Shown here: positions 1-13,152 of the stretch, piece after piece
Layout of the letters: each line of letters opens with the position of its first letter
How positions within the stretch are numbered: position 1 is the stretch's first letter
Assembly: GCA_977017575.1 (NCBI GenBank)
Contig: CDRNVI010000147.1
Coordinates: 1 to 64,000, forward strand
From: Paramoeba atlantica
Lineage: Eukaryota > Protista > Discosea
DNA: 64,000 nucleotides
Direction of reading: 5' to 3'
Translations under genes and position numbers: made by a program
Notes under the pieces: model-generated
The model's database searches: none
Seen by the model: only the letters and a program-made list of their open reading frames with translations
What the model was told of the DNA's origin: nothing

Positions 1-3000
1 AGTGGTCTTAATACAAAAAGTGGTCTTAATACAAAAAGTGGTCTTAATACAAAAAGTGGTCTTAATACAAAAAGTGGTCTTAATACAAAAAGTGGTCTTA
101 ATACAAAAAGTGGTCTTAATACAAAAAGTGGTCTTAATACAAAAAGTGGTCTTAATACAAAAAGTGGTCTTAATACAAAAAGTGGTCTTAATACAAAAAG
201 TGGTCTTAATACAAAAAGTGGTCTTAATACAAAAAGTGGTCTTAATACAAAAAGTGGTCTTAATACAAAAAGTGGTCTTAATACAAAAAGTGGTCTTAAT
301 ACAAAAAGTGGTCTTAATTCAAAAAGTGGTCTTAATACAAAAAGTGGTCTTAATACAAAAAGTGGTCTTAATACAAAAAGTGGTCTTAATACAAAAAGTG
401 GTCTTAATACAAAAAGTGGTCTTAATACAAAAAGTGGTCTTAATACAAAAAGTGGTCTTAATACAAAAAGTGGTCTTAATACAAAAAGTGGTCTTAATAC
501 AAAAAGTGGTCTTAATACAAAAAGTGGTCTTAATACAAAAAGTGGTCTTAATACAAAAAGTGGTCTTAATACAAAAAGTGGTCTTAAAACAAAAAGTGGT
601 CTTAATACAAAAAGTAGTCTTAATACAAAAAGTGGTCTTAATACAAAAAGTGGTCTTAATACAAAAAGTGGTCTTAATACAAAAAGTGGTCTTAATACAA
701 AAAGTGGTATTAATACAAAAAGTGGTCTTAATACAAAAAGTGGTCTTAATACAAAAAGTGGTCTTAATACAAAAAGTGGTCTTAATACAAAAAGTGGTCT
801 TAATACAAAAAGTGGTCTTAATACAAAAAGTGGTCTTAATACAAAAAGTGGTCTTAATACAAAAAGTGGTCTTAATACAAAAAGTGGTCTTAATACAAAA
901 AGTGGTCTTAATACAAAAAGTGGTCTTAATACAAAAAGTGGTCTTAATACAAAAAGTGGTCTTAATACAAAAAGTGGTCTTAATACAAAAAGTGGTCTTA
1001 ATACAAAAAGTGGTCTTAATACAAAAAGTGGTCTTAATACAAAAAGTGGTCTTAATACAAAAAGTGGTCTTAATACAAAAAGTGGTCTTAATACAAAAAG
1101 TGGTCTTAATACAAAAAGTGGTCTTAATACAAAAAGTGGTCTTAATACAAAAAGTGGTCTTAATACAAAAAGTGGTCTTAATACAAAAAGTGGTCTTAAT
1201 ACAAAAAGTGGTCTTAATACAAAAAGTGGTCTTAATACAAAAAGTGGTCTTAATACAAAAAGTGGTCTTAATACAAAAAGTGGTCTTAATACAAAAAGTG
1301 GTCTTAATACAAAAAGTGGTCTTAATACAAAAAGTGGTCTTAATACAAAAAGTGGTCTTAATACAAAAAGTGGTCTTAATACAAAAAGTGGTCTTAATAC
1401 AAAAAGTGGTCTTAATACAAAAAGTGGTCTTAATACAAAAAGTGGTCTTAATACAAAAAGTGGTCTTAATACAAAAAGTGGTCTTAATACAAAAAGTGGT
1501 CTTAATACAAAAAGTGGTCTTAATACAAAAAGTGGTCTTAATACAAAAAGTGGTCTTAATACAAAAAGTGGTCTTAATACAAAAAGTGGTCTTAATACAA
1601 AAAGTGGTCTTAATACAAAAAGTGGTCTTAATACAAAAAGTGGTCTTAATACAAAAAGTGGTCTTAATACAAAAAGTGGTCTTAATACAAAAAGTGGTCT
1701 TAATACAAAAAGTGGTCTTAATACAAAAAGTGGTCTTAATACAAAAAGTGGTCTTAATACAAAAAGTGGTCTTAATACAAAAAGTGGTCTTAATACAAAA
1801 AGTGGTCTTAATACAAAAAGTGGTCTTAATACAAAAAGTGGTCTTAATACAAAAAGTGGTCTTAATACAAAAAGTGGTCTTAATACAAAAAGTGGTCTTA
1901 ATACAAAAAGTGGTCTTAATACAAAAAGTGGTCTTAATACAAAAAGTGGTCTTAATACAAAAAGTGGTCTTAATACAAAAAGTGGTCTTAATACAAAAAG
2001 TGGTCTTAATACAAAAAGTGGTCTTAATACAAAAAGTGGTCTTAATACAAAAAGTGGTCTTAATACAAAAAGTGGTCTTAATACAAAAAGTGGTCTTAAT
2101 ACAAAAAGTGGTCTTAATACAAAAAGTGGTCTTAATACAAAAAGTGGTCTTAATACAAAAAGTGGTCTTAATACAAAAAGTGGTCTTAATACAAAAAGTG
2201 GTCTTAATACAAAAAGTGGTCTTAATACAAAAAGTGGTCTTAATACAAAAAGTGGTCTTAATACAAAAAGTGGTCTTAATACAAAAAGTGGTCTTAATAC
2301 AAAAAGTGGTCTTAATACAAAAAGTGGTCTTAATACAAAAAGTGGTCTTAATACAAAAAGTGGTCTTAATACAAAAAGTGGTCTTAATACAAAAAGTGGT
2401 CTTAATACAAAAAGTGGTCTTAATACAAAAAGTGGTCTTAATACAAAAAGTGGTCTTAATACAAAAAGTGGTCTTAATACAAAAAGTGGTCTTAATACAA
2501 AAAGTGGTCTTAATACAAAAAGTGGTCTTAATACAAAAAGTGGTCTTAATACAAAAAGTGGTCTTAATACAAAAAGTGGTCTTAATACAAAAAGTGGTCT
2601 TAATACAAAAAGTGGTCTTAATACAAAAAGTGGTCTTAATACAAAAAGTGGTCTTAATACAAAAAGTGGTCTTAATACAAAAAGTGGTCTTAATACAAAA
2701 AGTGGTCTTAATACAAAAAGTGGTCTTAATACAAAAAGTGGTCTTAATACAAAAAGTGGTCTTAATACAAAAAGTGGTCTTAATACAAAAAGTGGTCTTA
2801 ATACAAAAAGTGGTCTTAATACAAAAAGTGGTCTTAATACAAAAAGTGGTCTTAATACAAAAAGTGGTCTTAATACAAAAAGTGGTCTTAATACAAAAAG
2901 TGGTCTTAATACAAAAAGTGGTCTTAATACAAAAAGTGGTCTTAATACAAAAAGTGGTCTTAATACAAAAAGTGGTCTTAATACAAAAAGTGGTCTTAAT

Positions 3001-6000
3001 ACAAAAAGTGGTCTTAATACAAAAAGTGGTCTTAATACAAAAAGTGGTCTTAATACAAAAAGTGGTCTTAATACAAAAAGTGGTCTTAATACAAAAAGTG
3101 GTCTTAATACAAAAAGTGGTCTTAATACAAAAAGTGGTCTTAATACAAAAAGTGGTCTTAATACAAAAAGTGGTCTTAATACAAAAAGTGGTCTTAATAC
3201 AAAAAGTGGTCTTAATACAAAAAGTGGTCTTAATACAAAAAGTGGTCTTAATACAAAAAGTGGTCTTAATACAAAAAGTGGTCTTAATACAAAAAGTGGT
3301 CTTAATACAAAAAGTGGTCTTAATACAAAAAGTGGTCTTAATACAAAAAGTGGTCTTAATACAAAAAGTGGTCTTAATACAAAAAGTGGTCTTAATACAA
3401 AAAGTGGTCTTAATACAAAAAGTGGTCTTAATACAAAAAGTGGTCTTAATACAAAAAGTGGTCTTAATACAAAAAGTGGTCTTAATACAAAAAGTGGTCT
3501 TAATACAAAAAGTGGTCTTAATACAAAAAGTGGTCTTAATACAAAAAGTGGTCTTAATACAAAAAGTGGTCTTAATACAAAAAGTGGTCTTAATACAAAA
3601 AGTGGTCTTAATACAAAAAGTGGTCTTAATACAAAAAGTGGTCTTAATACAAAAAGTGGTCTTAATACAAAAAGTGGTCTTAATACAAAAAGTGGTCTTA
3701 ATACAAAAAGTGGTCTTAATACAAAAAGTGGTCTTAATACAAAAAGTGGTCTTAATACAAAAAGTGGTCTTAATACAAAAAGTGGTCTTAATACAAAAAG
3801 TGGTCTTAATACAAAAAGTGGTCTTAATACAAAAAGTGGTCTTAATACAAAAAGTGGTCTTAATACAAAAAGTGGTCTTAATACAAAAAGTGGTCTTAAT
3901 ACAAAAAGTGGTCTTAATACAAAAAGTGGTCTTAATACAAAAAGTGGTCTTAATACAAAAAGTGGTCTTAATACAAAAAGTGGTCTTAATACAAAAAGTG
4001 GTCTTAATACAAAAAGTGGTCTTAATACAAAAAGTGGTCTTAATACAAAAAGTGGTCTTAATACAAAAAGTGGTCTTAATACAAAAAGTGGTCTTAATAC
4101 AAAAAGTGGTCTTAATACAAAAAGTGGTCTTAATACAAAAAGTGGTCTTAATACAAAAAGTGGTCTTAATACAAAAAGTGGTCTTAATACAAAAAGTGGT
4201 CTTAATACAAAAAGTGGTCTTAATACAAAAAGTGGTCTTAATACAAAAAGTGGTCTTAATACAAAAAGTGGTCTTAATACAAAAAGTGGTCTTAATACAA
4301 AAAGTGGTCTTAATACAAAAAGTGGTCTTAATACAAAAAGTGGTCTTAATACAAAAAGTGGTCTTAATACAAAAAGTGGTCTTAATACAAAAAGTGGTCT
4401 TAATACAAAAAGTGGTCTTAATACAAAAAGTGGTCTTAATACAAAAAGTGGTCTTAATACAAAAAGTGGTCTTAATACAAAAAGTGGTCTTAATACAAAA
4501 AGTGGTCTTAATACAAAAAGTGGTCTTAATACAAAAAGTGGTCTTAATACAAAAAGTGGTCTTAATACAAAAAGTGGTCTTAATACAAAAAGTGGTCTTA
4601 ATACAAAAAGTGGTCTTAATACAAAAAGTGGTCTTAATACAAAAAGTGGTCTTAATACAAAAAGTGGTCTTAATACAAAAAGTGGTCTTAATACAAAAAG
4701 TGGTCTTAATACAAAAAGTGGTCTTAATACAAAAAGTGGTCTTAATACAAAAAGTGGTCTTAATACAAAAAGTGGTCTTAATACAAAAAGTGGTCTTAAT
4801 ACAAAAAGTGGTCTTAATACAAAAAGTGGTCTTAATACAAAAAGTGGTCTTAATACAAAAAGTGGTCTTAATACAAAAAGTGGTCTTAATACAAAAAGTG
4901 GTCTTAATACAAAAAGTGGTCTTAATACAAAAAGTGGTCTTAATACAAAAAGTGGTCTTAATACAAAAAGTGGTCTTAATACAAAAAGTGGTCTTAATAC
5001 AAAAAGTGGTCTTAATACAAAAAGTGGTCTTAATACAAAAAGTGGTCTTAATACAAAAAGTGGTCTTAATACAAAAAGTGGTCTTAATACAAAAAGTGGT
5101 CTTAATACAAAAAGTGGTCTTAATACAAAAAGTGGTCTTAATACAAAAAGTGGTCTTAATACAAAAAGTGGTCTTAATACAAAAAGTGGTCTTAATACAA
5201 AAAGTGGTCTTAATACAAAAAGTGGTCTTAATACAAAAAGTGGTCTTAATACAAAAAGTGGTCTTAATACAAAAAGTGGTCTTAATACAAAAAGTGGTCT
5301 TAATACAAAAAGTGGTCTTAATACAAAAAGTGGTCTTAATACAAAAAGTGGTCTTAATACAAAAAGTGGTCTTAATACAAAAAGTGGTCTTAATACAAAA
5401 AGTGGTCTTAATACAAAAAGTGGTCTTAATACAAAAAGTGGTCTTAATACAAAAAGTGGTCTTAATACAAAAAGTGGTCTTAATACAAAAAGTGGTCTTA
5501 ATACAAAAAGTGGTCTTAATACAAAAAGTGGTCTTAATACAAAAAGTGGTCTTAATACAAAAAGTGGTCTTAATACAAAAAGTGGTCTTAATACAAAAAG
5601 TGGTCTTAATACAAAAAGTGGTCTTAATACAAAAAGTGGTCTTAATACAAAAAGTGGTCTTAATACAAAAAGTGGTCTTAATACAAAAAGTGGTCTTAAT
5701 ACAAAAAGTGGTCTTAATACAAAAAGTGGTCTTAATACAAAAAGTGGTCTTAATACAAAAAGTGGTCTTAATACAAAAAGTGGTCTTAATACAAAAAGTG
5801 GTCTTAATACAAAAAGTGGTCTTAATACAAAAAGTGGTCTTAATACAAAAAGTGGTCTTAATACAAAAAGTGGTCTTAATACAAAAAGTGGTCTTAATAC
5901 AAAAAGTGGTCTTAATACAAAAAGTGGTCTTAATACAAAAAGTGGTCTTAATACAAAAAGTGGTCTTAATACAAAAAGTGGTCTTAATACAAAAAGTGGT

Positions 6001-9000
6001 CTTAATACAAAAAGTGGTCTTAATACAAAAAGTGGTCTTAATACAAAAAGTGGTCTTAATACAAAAAGTGGTCTTAATACAAAAAGTGGTCTTAATACAA
6101 AAAGTGGTCTTAATACAAAAAGTGGTCTTAATACAAAAAGTGGTCTTAATACAAAAAGTGGTCTTAATACAAAAAGTGGTCTTAATACAAAAAGTGGTCT
6201 TAATACAAAAAGTGGTCTTAATACAAAAAGTGGTCTTAATACAAAAAGTGGTCTTAATACAAAAAGTGGTCTTAATACAAAAAGTGGTCTTAATACAAAA
6301 AGTGGTCTTAATACAAAAAGTGGTCTTAATACAAAAAGTGGTCTTAATACAAAAAGTGGTCTTAATACAAAAAGTGGTCTTAATACAAAAAGTGGTCTTA
6401 ATACAAAAAGTGGTCTTAATACAAAAAGTGGTCTTAATACAAAAAGTGGTCTTAATACAAAAAGTGGTCTTAATACAAAAAGTGGTCTTAATACAAAAAG
6501 TGGTCTTAATACAAAAAGTGGTCTTAATACAAAAAGTGGTCTTAATACAAAAAGTGGTCTTAATACAAAAAGTGGTCTTAATACAAAAAGTGGTCTTAAT
6601 ACAAAAAGTGGTCTTAATACAAAAAGTGGTCTTAATACAAAAAGTGGTCTTAATACAAAAAGTGGTCTTAATACAAAAAGTGGTCTTAATACAAAAAGTG
6701 GTCTTAATACAAAAAGTGGTCTTAATACAAAAAGTGGTCTTAATACAAAAAGTGGTCTTAATACAAAAAGTGGTCTTAATACAAAAAGTGGTCTTAATAC
6801 AAAAAGTGGTCTTAATACAAAAAGTGGTCTTAATACAAAAAGTGGTCTTAATACAAAAAGTGGTCTTAATACAAAAAGTGGTCTTAATACAAAAAGTGGT
6901 CTTAATACAAAAAGTGGTCTTAATACAAAAAGTGGTCTTAATACAAAAAGTGGTCTTAATACAAAAAGTGGTCTTAATACAAAAAGTGGTCTTAATACAA
7001 AAAGTGGTCTTAATACAAAAAGTGGTCTTAATACAAAAAGTGGTCTTAATACAAAAAGTGGTCTTAATACAAAAAGTGGTCTTAATACAAAAAGTGGTCT
7101 TAATACAAAAAGTGGTCTTAATACAAAAAGTGGTCTTAATACAAAAAGTGGTCTTAATACAAAAAGTGGTCTTAATACAAAAAGTGGTCTTAATACAAAA
7201 AGTGGTCTTAATACAAAAAGTGGTCTTAATACAAAAAGTGGTCTTAATACAAAAAGTGGTCTTAATACAAAAAGTGGTCTTAATACAAAAAGTGGTCTTA
7301 ATACAAAAAGTGGTCTTAATACAAAAAGTGGTCTTAATACAAAAAGTGGTCTTAATACAAAAAGTGGTCTTAATACAAAAAGTGGTCTTAATACAAAAAG
7401 TGGTCTTAATACAAAAAGTGGTCTTAATACAAAAAGTGGTCTTAATACAAAAAGTGGTCTTAATACAAAAAGTGGTCTTAATACAAAAAGTGGTCTTAAT
7501 ACAAAAAGTGGTCTTAATACAAAAAGTGGTCTTAATACAAAAAGTGGTCTTAATACAAAAAGTGGTCTTAATACAAAAAGTGGTCTTAATACAAAAAGTG
7601 GTCTTAATACAAAAAGTGGTCTTAATACAAAAAGTGGTCTTAATACAAAAAGTGGTCTTAATACAAAAAGTGGTCTTAATACAAAAAGTGGTCTTAATAC
7701 AAAAAGTGGTCTTAATACAAAAAGTGGTCTTAATACAAAAAGTGGTCTTAATACAAAAAGTGGTCTTAATACAAAAAGTGGTCTTAATACAAAAAGTGGT
7801 CTTAATACAAAAAGTGGTCTTAATACAAAAAGTGGTCTTAATACAAAAAGTGGTCTTAATACAAAAAGTGGTCTTAATACAAAAAGTGGTCTTAATACAA
7901 AAAGTGGTCTTAATACAAAAAGTGGTCTTAATACAAAAAGTGGTCTTAATACAAAAAGTGGTCTTAATACAAAAAGTGGTCTTAATACAAAAAGTGGTCT
8001 TAATACAAAAAGTGGTCTTAATACAAAAAGTGGTCTTAATACAAAAAGTGGTCTTAATACAAAAAGTGGTCTTAATACAAAAAGTGGTCTTAATACAAAA
8101 AGTGGTCTTAATACAAAAAGTGGTCTTAATACAAAAAGTGGTCTTAATACAAAAAGTGGTCTTAATACAAAAAGTGGTCTTAATACAAAAAGTGGTCTTA
8201 ATACAAAAAGTGGTCTTAATACAAAAAGTGGTCTTAATACAAAAAGTGGTCTTAATACAAAAAGTGGTCTTAATACAAAAAGTGGTCTTAATACAAAAAG
8301 TGGTCTTAATACAAAAAGTGGTCTTAATACAAAAAGTGGTCTTAATACAAAAAGTGGTCTTAATACAAAAAGTGGTCTTAATACAAAAAGTGGTCTTAAT
8401 ACAAAAAGTGGTCTTAATACAAAAAGTGGTCTTAATACAAAAAGTGGTCTTAATACAAAAAGTGGTCTTAATACAAAAAGTGGTCTTAATACAAAAAGTG
8501 GTCTTAATACAAAAAGTGGTCTTAATACAAAAAGTGGTCTTAATACAAAAAGTGGTCTTAATACAAAAAGTGGTCTTAATACAAAAAGTGGTCTTAATAC
8601 AAAAAGTGGTCTTAATACAAAAAGTGGTCTTAATACAAAAAGTGGTCTTAATACAAAAAGTGGTCTTAATACAAAAAGTGGTCTTAATACAAAAAGTGGT
8701 CTTAATACAAAAAGTGGTCTTAATACAAAAAGTGGTCTTAATACAAAAAGTGGTCTTAATACAAAAAGTGGTCTTAATACAAAAAGTGGTCTTAATACAA
8801 AAAGTGGTCTTAATACAAAAAGTGGTCTTAATACAAAAAGTGGTCTTAATACAAAAAGTGGTCTTAATACAAAAAGTGGTCTTAATACAAAAAGTGGTCT
8901 TAATACAAAAAGTGGTCTTAATACAAAAAGTGGTCTTAATACAAAAAGTGGTCTTAATACAAAAAGTGGTCTTAATACAAAAAGTGGTCTTAATACAAAA

Positions 9001-11853
9001 AGTGGTCTTAATACAAAAAGTGGTCTTAATACAAAAAGTGGTCTTAATACAAAAAGTGGTCTTAATACAAAAAGTGGTCTTAATACAAAAAGTGGTCTTA
9101 ATACAAAAAGTGGTCTTAATACAAAAAGTGGTCTTAATACAAAAAGTGGTCTTAATACAAAAAGTGGTCTTAATACAAAAAGTGGTCTTAATACAAAAAG
9201 TGGTCTTAATACAAAAAGTGGTCTTAATACAAAAAGTGGTCTTAATACAAAAAGTGGTCTTAATACAAAAAGTGGTCTTAATACAAAAAGTGGTCTTAAT
9301 ACAAAAAGTGGTCTTAATACAAAAAGTGGTCTTAATACAAAAAGTGGTCTTAATACAAAAAGTGGTCTTAATACAAAAAGTGGTCTTAATACAAAAAGTG
9401 GTCTTAATACAAAAAGTGGTCTTAATACAAAAAGTGGTCTTAATACAAAAAGTGGTCTTAATACAAAAAGTGGTCTTAATACAAAAAGTGGTCTTAATAC
9501 AAAAAGTGGTCTTAATACAAAAAGTGGTCTTAATACAAAAAGTGGTCTTAATACAAAAAGTGGTCTTAATACAAAAAGTGGTCTTAATACAAAAAGTGGT
9601 CTTAATACAAAAAGTGGTCTTAATACAAAAAGTGGTCTTAATACAAAAAGTGGTCTTAATACAAAAAGTGGTCTTAATACAAAAAGTGGTCTTAATACAA
9701 AAAGTGGTCTTAATACAAAAAGTGGTCTTAATACAAAAAGTGGTCTTAATACAAAAAGTGGTCTTAATACAAAAAGTGGTCTTAATACAAAAAGTGGTCT
9801 TAATACAAAAAGTGGTCTTAATACAAAAAGTGGTCTTAATACAAAAAGTGGTCTTAATACAAAAAGTGGTCTTAATACAAAAAGTGGTCTTAATACAAAA
9901 AGTGGTCTTAATACAAAAAGTGGTCTTAATACAAAAAGTGGTCTTAATACAAAAAGTGGTCTTAATACAAAAAGTGGTCTTAATACAAAAAGTGGTCTTA
10001 ATACAAAAAGTGGTCTTAATACAAAAAGTGGTCTTAATACAAAAAGTGGTCTTAATACAAAAAGTGGTCTTAATACAAAAAGTGGTCTTAATACAAAAAG
10101 TGGTCTTAATACAAAAAGTGGTCTTAATACAAAAAGTGGTCTTAATACAAAAAGTGGTCTTAATACAAAAAGTGGTCTTAATACAAAAAGTGGTCTTAAT
10201 ACAAAAAGTGGTCTTAATACAAAAAGTGGTCTTAATACAAAAAGTGGTCTTAATACAAAAAGTGGTCTTAATACAAAAAGTGGTCTTAATACAAAAAGTG
10301 GTCTTAATACAAAAAGTGGTCTTAATACAAAAAGTGGTCTTAATACAAAAAGTGGTCTTAATACAAAAAGTGGTCTTAATACAAAAAGTGGTCTTAATAC
10401 AAAAAGTGGTCTTAATACAAAAAGTGGTCTTAATACAAAAAGTGGTCTTAATACAAAAAGTGGTCTTAATACAAAAAGTGGTCTTAATACAAAAAGTGGT
10501 CTTAATACAAAAAGTGGTCTTAATACAAAAAGTGGTCTTAATACAAAAAGTGGTCTTAATACAAAAAGTGGTCTTAATACAAAAAGTGGTCTTAATACAA
10601 AAAGTGGTCTTAATACAAAAAGTGGTCTTAATACAAAAAGTGGTCTTAATACAAAAAGTGGTCTTAATACAAAAAGTGGTCTTAATACAAAAAGTGGTCT
10701 TAATACAAAAAGTGGTCTTAATACAAAAAGTGGTCTTAATACAAAAAGTGGTCTTAATACAAAAAGTGGTCTTAATACAAAAAGTGGTCTTAATACAAAA
10801 AGTGGTCTTAATACAAAAAGTGGTCTTAATACAAAAAGTGGTCTTAATACAAAAAGTGGTCTTAATACAAAAAGTGGTCTTAATACAAAAAGTGGTCTTA
10901 ATACAAAAAGTGGTCTTAATACAAAAAGTGGTCTTAATACAAAAAGTGGTCTTAATACAAAAAGTGGTCTTAATACAAAAAGTGGTCTTAATACAAAAAG
11001 TGGTCTTAATACAAAAAGTGGTCTTAATACAAAAAGTGGTCTTAATACAAAAAGTGGTCTTAATACAAAAAGTGGTCTTAATACAAAAAGTGGTCTTAAT
11101 ACAAAAAGTGGTCTTAATACAAAAAGTGGTCTTAATACAAAAAGTGGTCTTAATACAAAAAGTGGTCTTAATACAAAAAGTGGTCTTAATACAAAAAGTG
11201 GTCTTAATACAAAAAGTGGTCTTAATACAAAAAGTGGTCTTAATACAAAAAGTGGTCTTAATACAAAAAGTGGTCTTAATACAAAAAGTGGTCTTAATAC
11301 AAAAAGTGGTCTTAATACAAAAAGTGGTCTTAATACAAAAAGTGGTCTTAATACAAAAAGTGGTCTTAATACAAAAAGTGGTCTTAATACAAAAAGTGGT
11401 CTTAATACAAAAAGTGGTCTTAATACAAAAAGTGGTCTTAATACAAAAAGTGGTCTTAATACAAAAAGTGGTCTTAATACAAAAAGTGGTCTTAATACAA
11501 AAAGTGGTCTTAATACAAAAAGTGGTCTTAATACAAAAAGTGGTCTTAATACAAAAAGTGGTCTTAATACAAAAAGTGGTCTTAATACAAAAAGTGGTCT
11601 TAATACAAAAAGTGGTCTTAATACAAAAAGTGGTCTTAATACAAAAAGTGGTCTTAATACAAAAAGTGGTCTTAATACAAAAAGTGGTCTTAATACAAAA
11701 AGTGGTCTTAATACAAAAAGTGGTCTTAATACAAAAAGTGGTCTTAATACAAAAAGTGGTCTTAATACAAAAAGTGGTCTTAATACAAAAAGTGGTCTTA
11801 ATACAAAAAGTGGTCTTAATACAAAAAGTGGTCTTAATACAAAAAGTGGTCTT
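1..11853. repeat. 18-bp tandem satellite (AGTGGTCTTAATACAAAA)n, block 1, ~658 units; open at the window start
   Basis: Unit read directly. The only variants I noticed are single substitutions at about 319, 588, 616 and 709. Confidence 0.99.
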
Positions 11854-12087
11854 GGCTCCACGGGCACTTCAGTGAGTTTTTGAGACACTTCGATGATTTC
11901 TCATCGAAGTGCCTACGTGTCACAGGGTGACTCATCGAAACGTCAATCTTCTCATCGAAGGTGATTTTAATTGCTTTGGCAAGAAAAAAATCGAGAACAT
12001 GAAAATAAGAAAGCGGCGACACTGAGAATCTGTGTCTGCCACTTCCGCAGGTTTGTGTATTTGTTTTCCTATACTATGACACCTAGT

Positions 12088-12363
12088 TTACGTGTCTGGA
12101 GGCAAGGCCCAACTTTGAGCGAAGCCCACTTCTGGAGGCAAAAGCCCCCGTTTGCGAGCAAGGCCCAACTGTGAGCGTAGCCCTGGGACAAAATTATATT
12201 TTTTGGCGACCCGCGCGCTCCATGCGGAGGTGGTGGATATTGGCACGGCGGGCGGAGGAGGAGTTGGCATCACGGCCTTCTTTTTCCGGCGGGCAGGAGG
12301 GAGCGGCAAATTCTCAGGAGCCACTCCTGATTCTTTTGCTTTGGAGCGTGTGAACACTCCCAT
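12088..12363 (-). CDS. 91-aa basic/proline-rich ORF directly downstream of a full SL-like sequence inside the TIR element (repeated at 16257-16532)
   Basis: The ATG lies 23 nt after the SL 3' end. No recognisable domain; coding status unproven. Confidence 0.3.
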   Translation of the reverse strand: MGVFTRSKAKESGVAPENLPLPPARRKKKAVMPTPPPPAVPISTTSAWSARVAKKYNFVPGLRSQLGLARKRGLLPPEVGFAQSWALPPDT

Positions 12364-12386
12364 GAAAGGTAAAAAAAGTAAATAAT

Positions 12387-12425
12387 CAACAAGGTGCAGA
12401 AACTGTATCTTTATCGTTAAAGATT
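12387..12425 (-). other. Full 39-nt spliced-leader-like sequence (one T>C variant); second copy at 16556-16594
   Basis: Reverse complement reads AATCTTTAACGATAAAGATACAGTTTCTGCACCTTGTTG and matches 21069-21107 at 38/39. Confidence 0.8.
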
Positions 12426-12448
12426 ATTGTACGTGTGCTTCTCTCTAG

Positions 12449-12656
12449 ATTCGTGGGAAGCAATTTGCGAAGCCCAACTACCTTGATAACAAATTTTAGT
12501 ACCCATTTTGGCCGCGCGGGGGCCCCCGCGTGAGCGGGGGTGCGCGCGGCCGCGAAACGGCGAGGGCCCGCGTGAGCGGGCCTGAGCCGTACCCCGCGTA
12601 GGATTCCCCTGTGCGTCGTTAGTGGGAAGCAATTTGCGAAGCTCACTGAATTTCGT
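12449..12656. repeat. 208-bp GC-rich hairpin module; also at 16618-16825 and 62366-62573
   Basis: Near-identical copies (one difference seen vs 62366-62573). Bounded by the 21-bp direct repeat GTGGGAAGCAATTTGCGAAGC. Contains nested stems with GTGA loops. Confidence 0.9.
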
Positions 12657-13152
12657 AGTTTTCGCTACGCAGGCGTTGTCAACGTATATCTTCTTATAAT
12701 TTATTCTTAAAAAAAGGGTCCGTTGATTTCTAATGCATTTTTTTACTCCATATTTTCAGCGTTCTGATATCTTTGCCCCTTCAAGGGCTTTACTTCATAC
12801 TAATCTGTCTTACAAACAGACTTCCAAAAGACACGCCCCACAGCTACACCCTTCATATTCATCCCGACGTTTACGCCAACCAGTGCCTCGAGGTCCAACC
12901 GAGCAGAATGGGATTTTCGGCGCTCAAGATTAGAGCACGAGAGGTGGAGGATATTAACTCCGCACTGAGATCGCGCACTGAGGACCTATGTCTGCCACTT
13001 CCGCAGTATTGTGTATTTGTTTTTTAGTCGAAAATGCAGCTACCACCTCAAAAGTAATTAAAATCACCTTCGATGAGTTTCTTTCGTTTCGATGAGTTTC
13101 GTTTTGACACGTGGGCGTTTCGATGAGTACTCACGGAAGTGTCCTCGTACCC

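Larger units (their letters stand above)
11854..13152. mobile_element. 1299-bp non-autonomous TIR DNA element (Merlin-like ends), copy 1
   Basis: Flanked by an 8-bp duplication GTGGTCTT (11846-11853, 13153-13160). Ends are GG...CC with an imperfect terminal inverted repeat (18/24 matches). Subterminal inverted match 11951-11977 vs 13051-13077 (26/27). Three CTCATCGAA motifs on the left and three TTCGATGAG on the right. No transposase ORF. Confidence 0.8.

Noticed and set aside
12089-12436. TACGTGT as a TSD around the SL-headed cargo
   Set aside because: Four extra bases separate it from the SL, no poly(A) is adjacent, and the same 7-mer also occurs near 11914.
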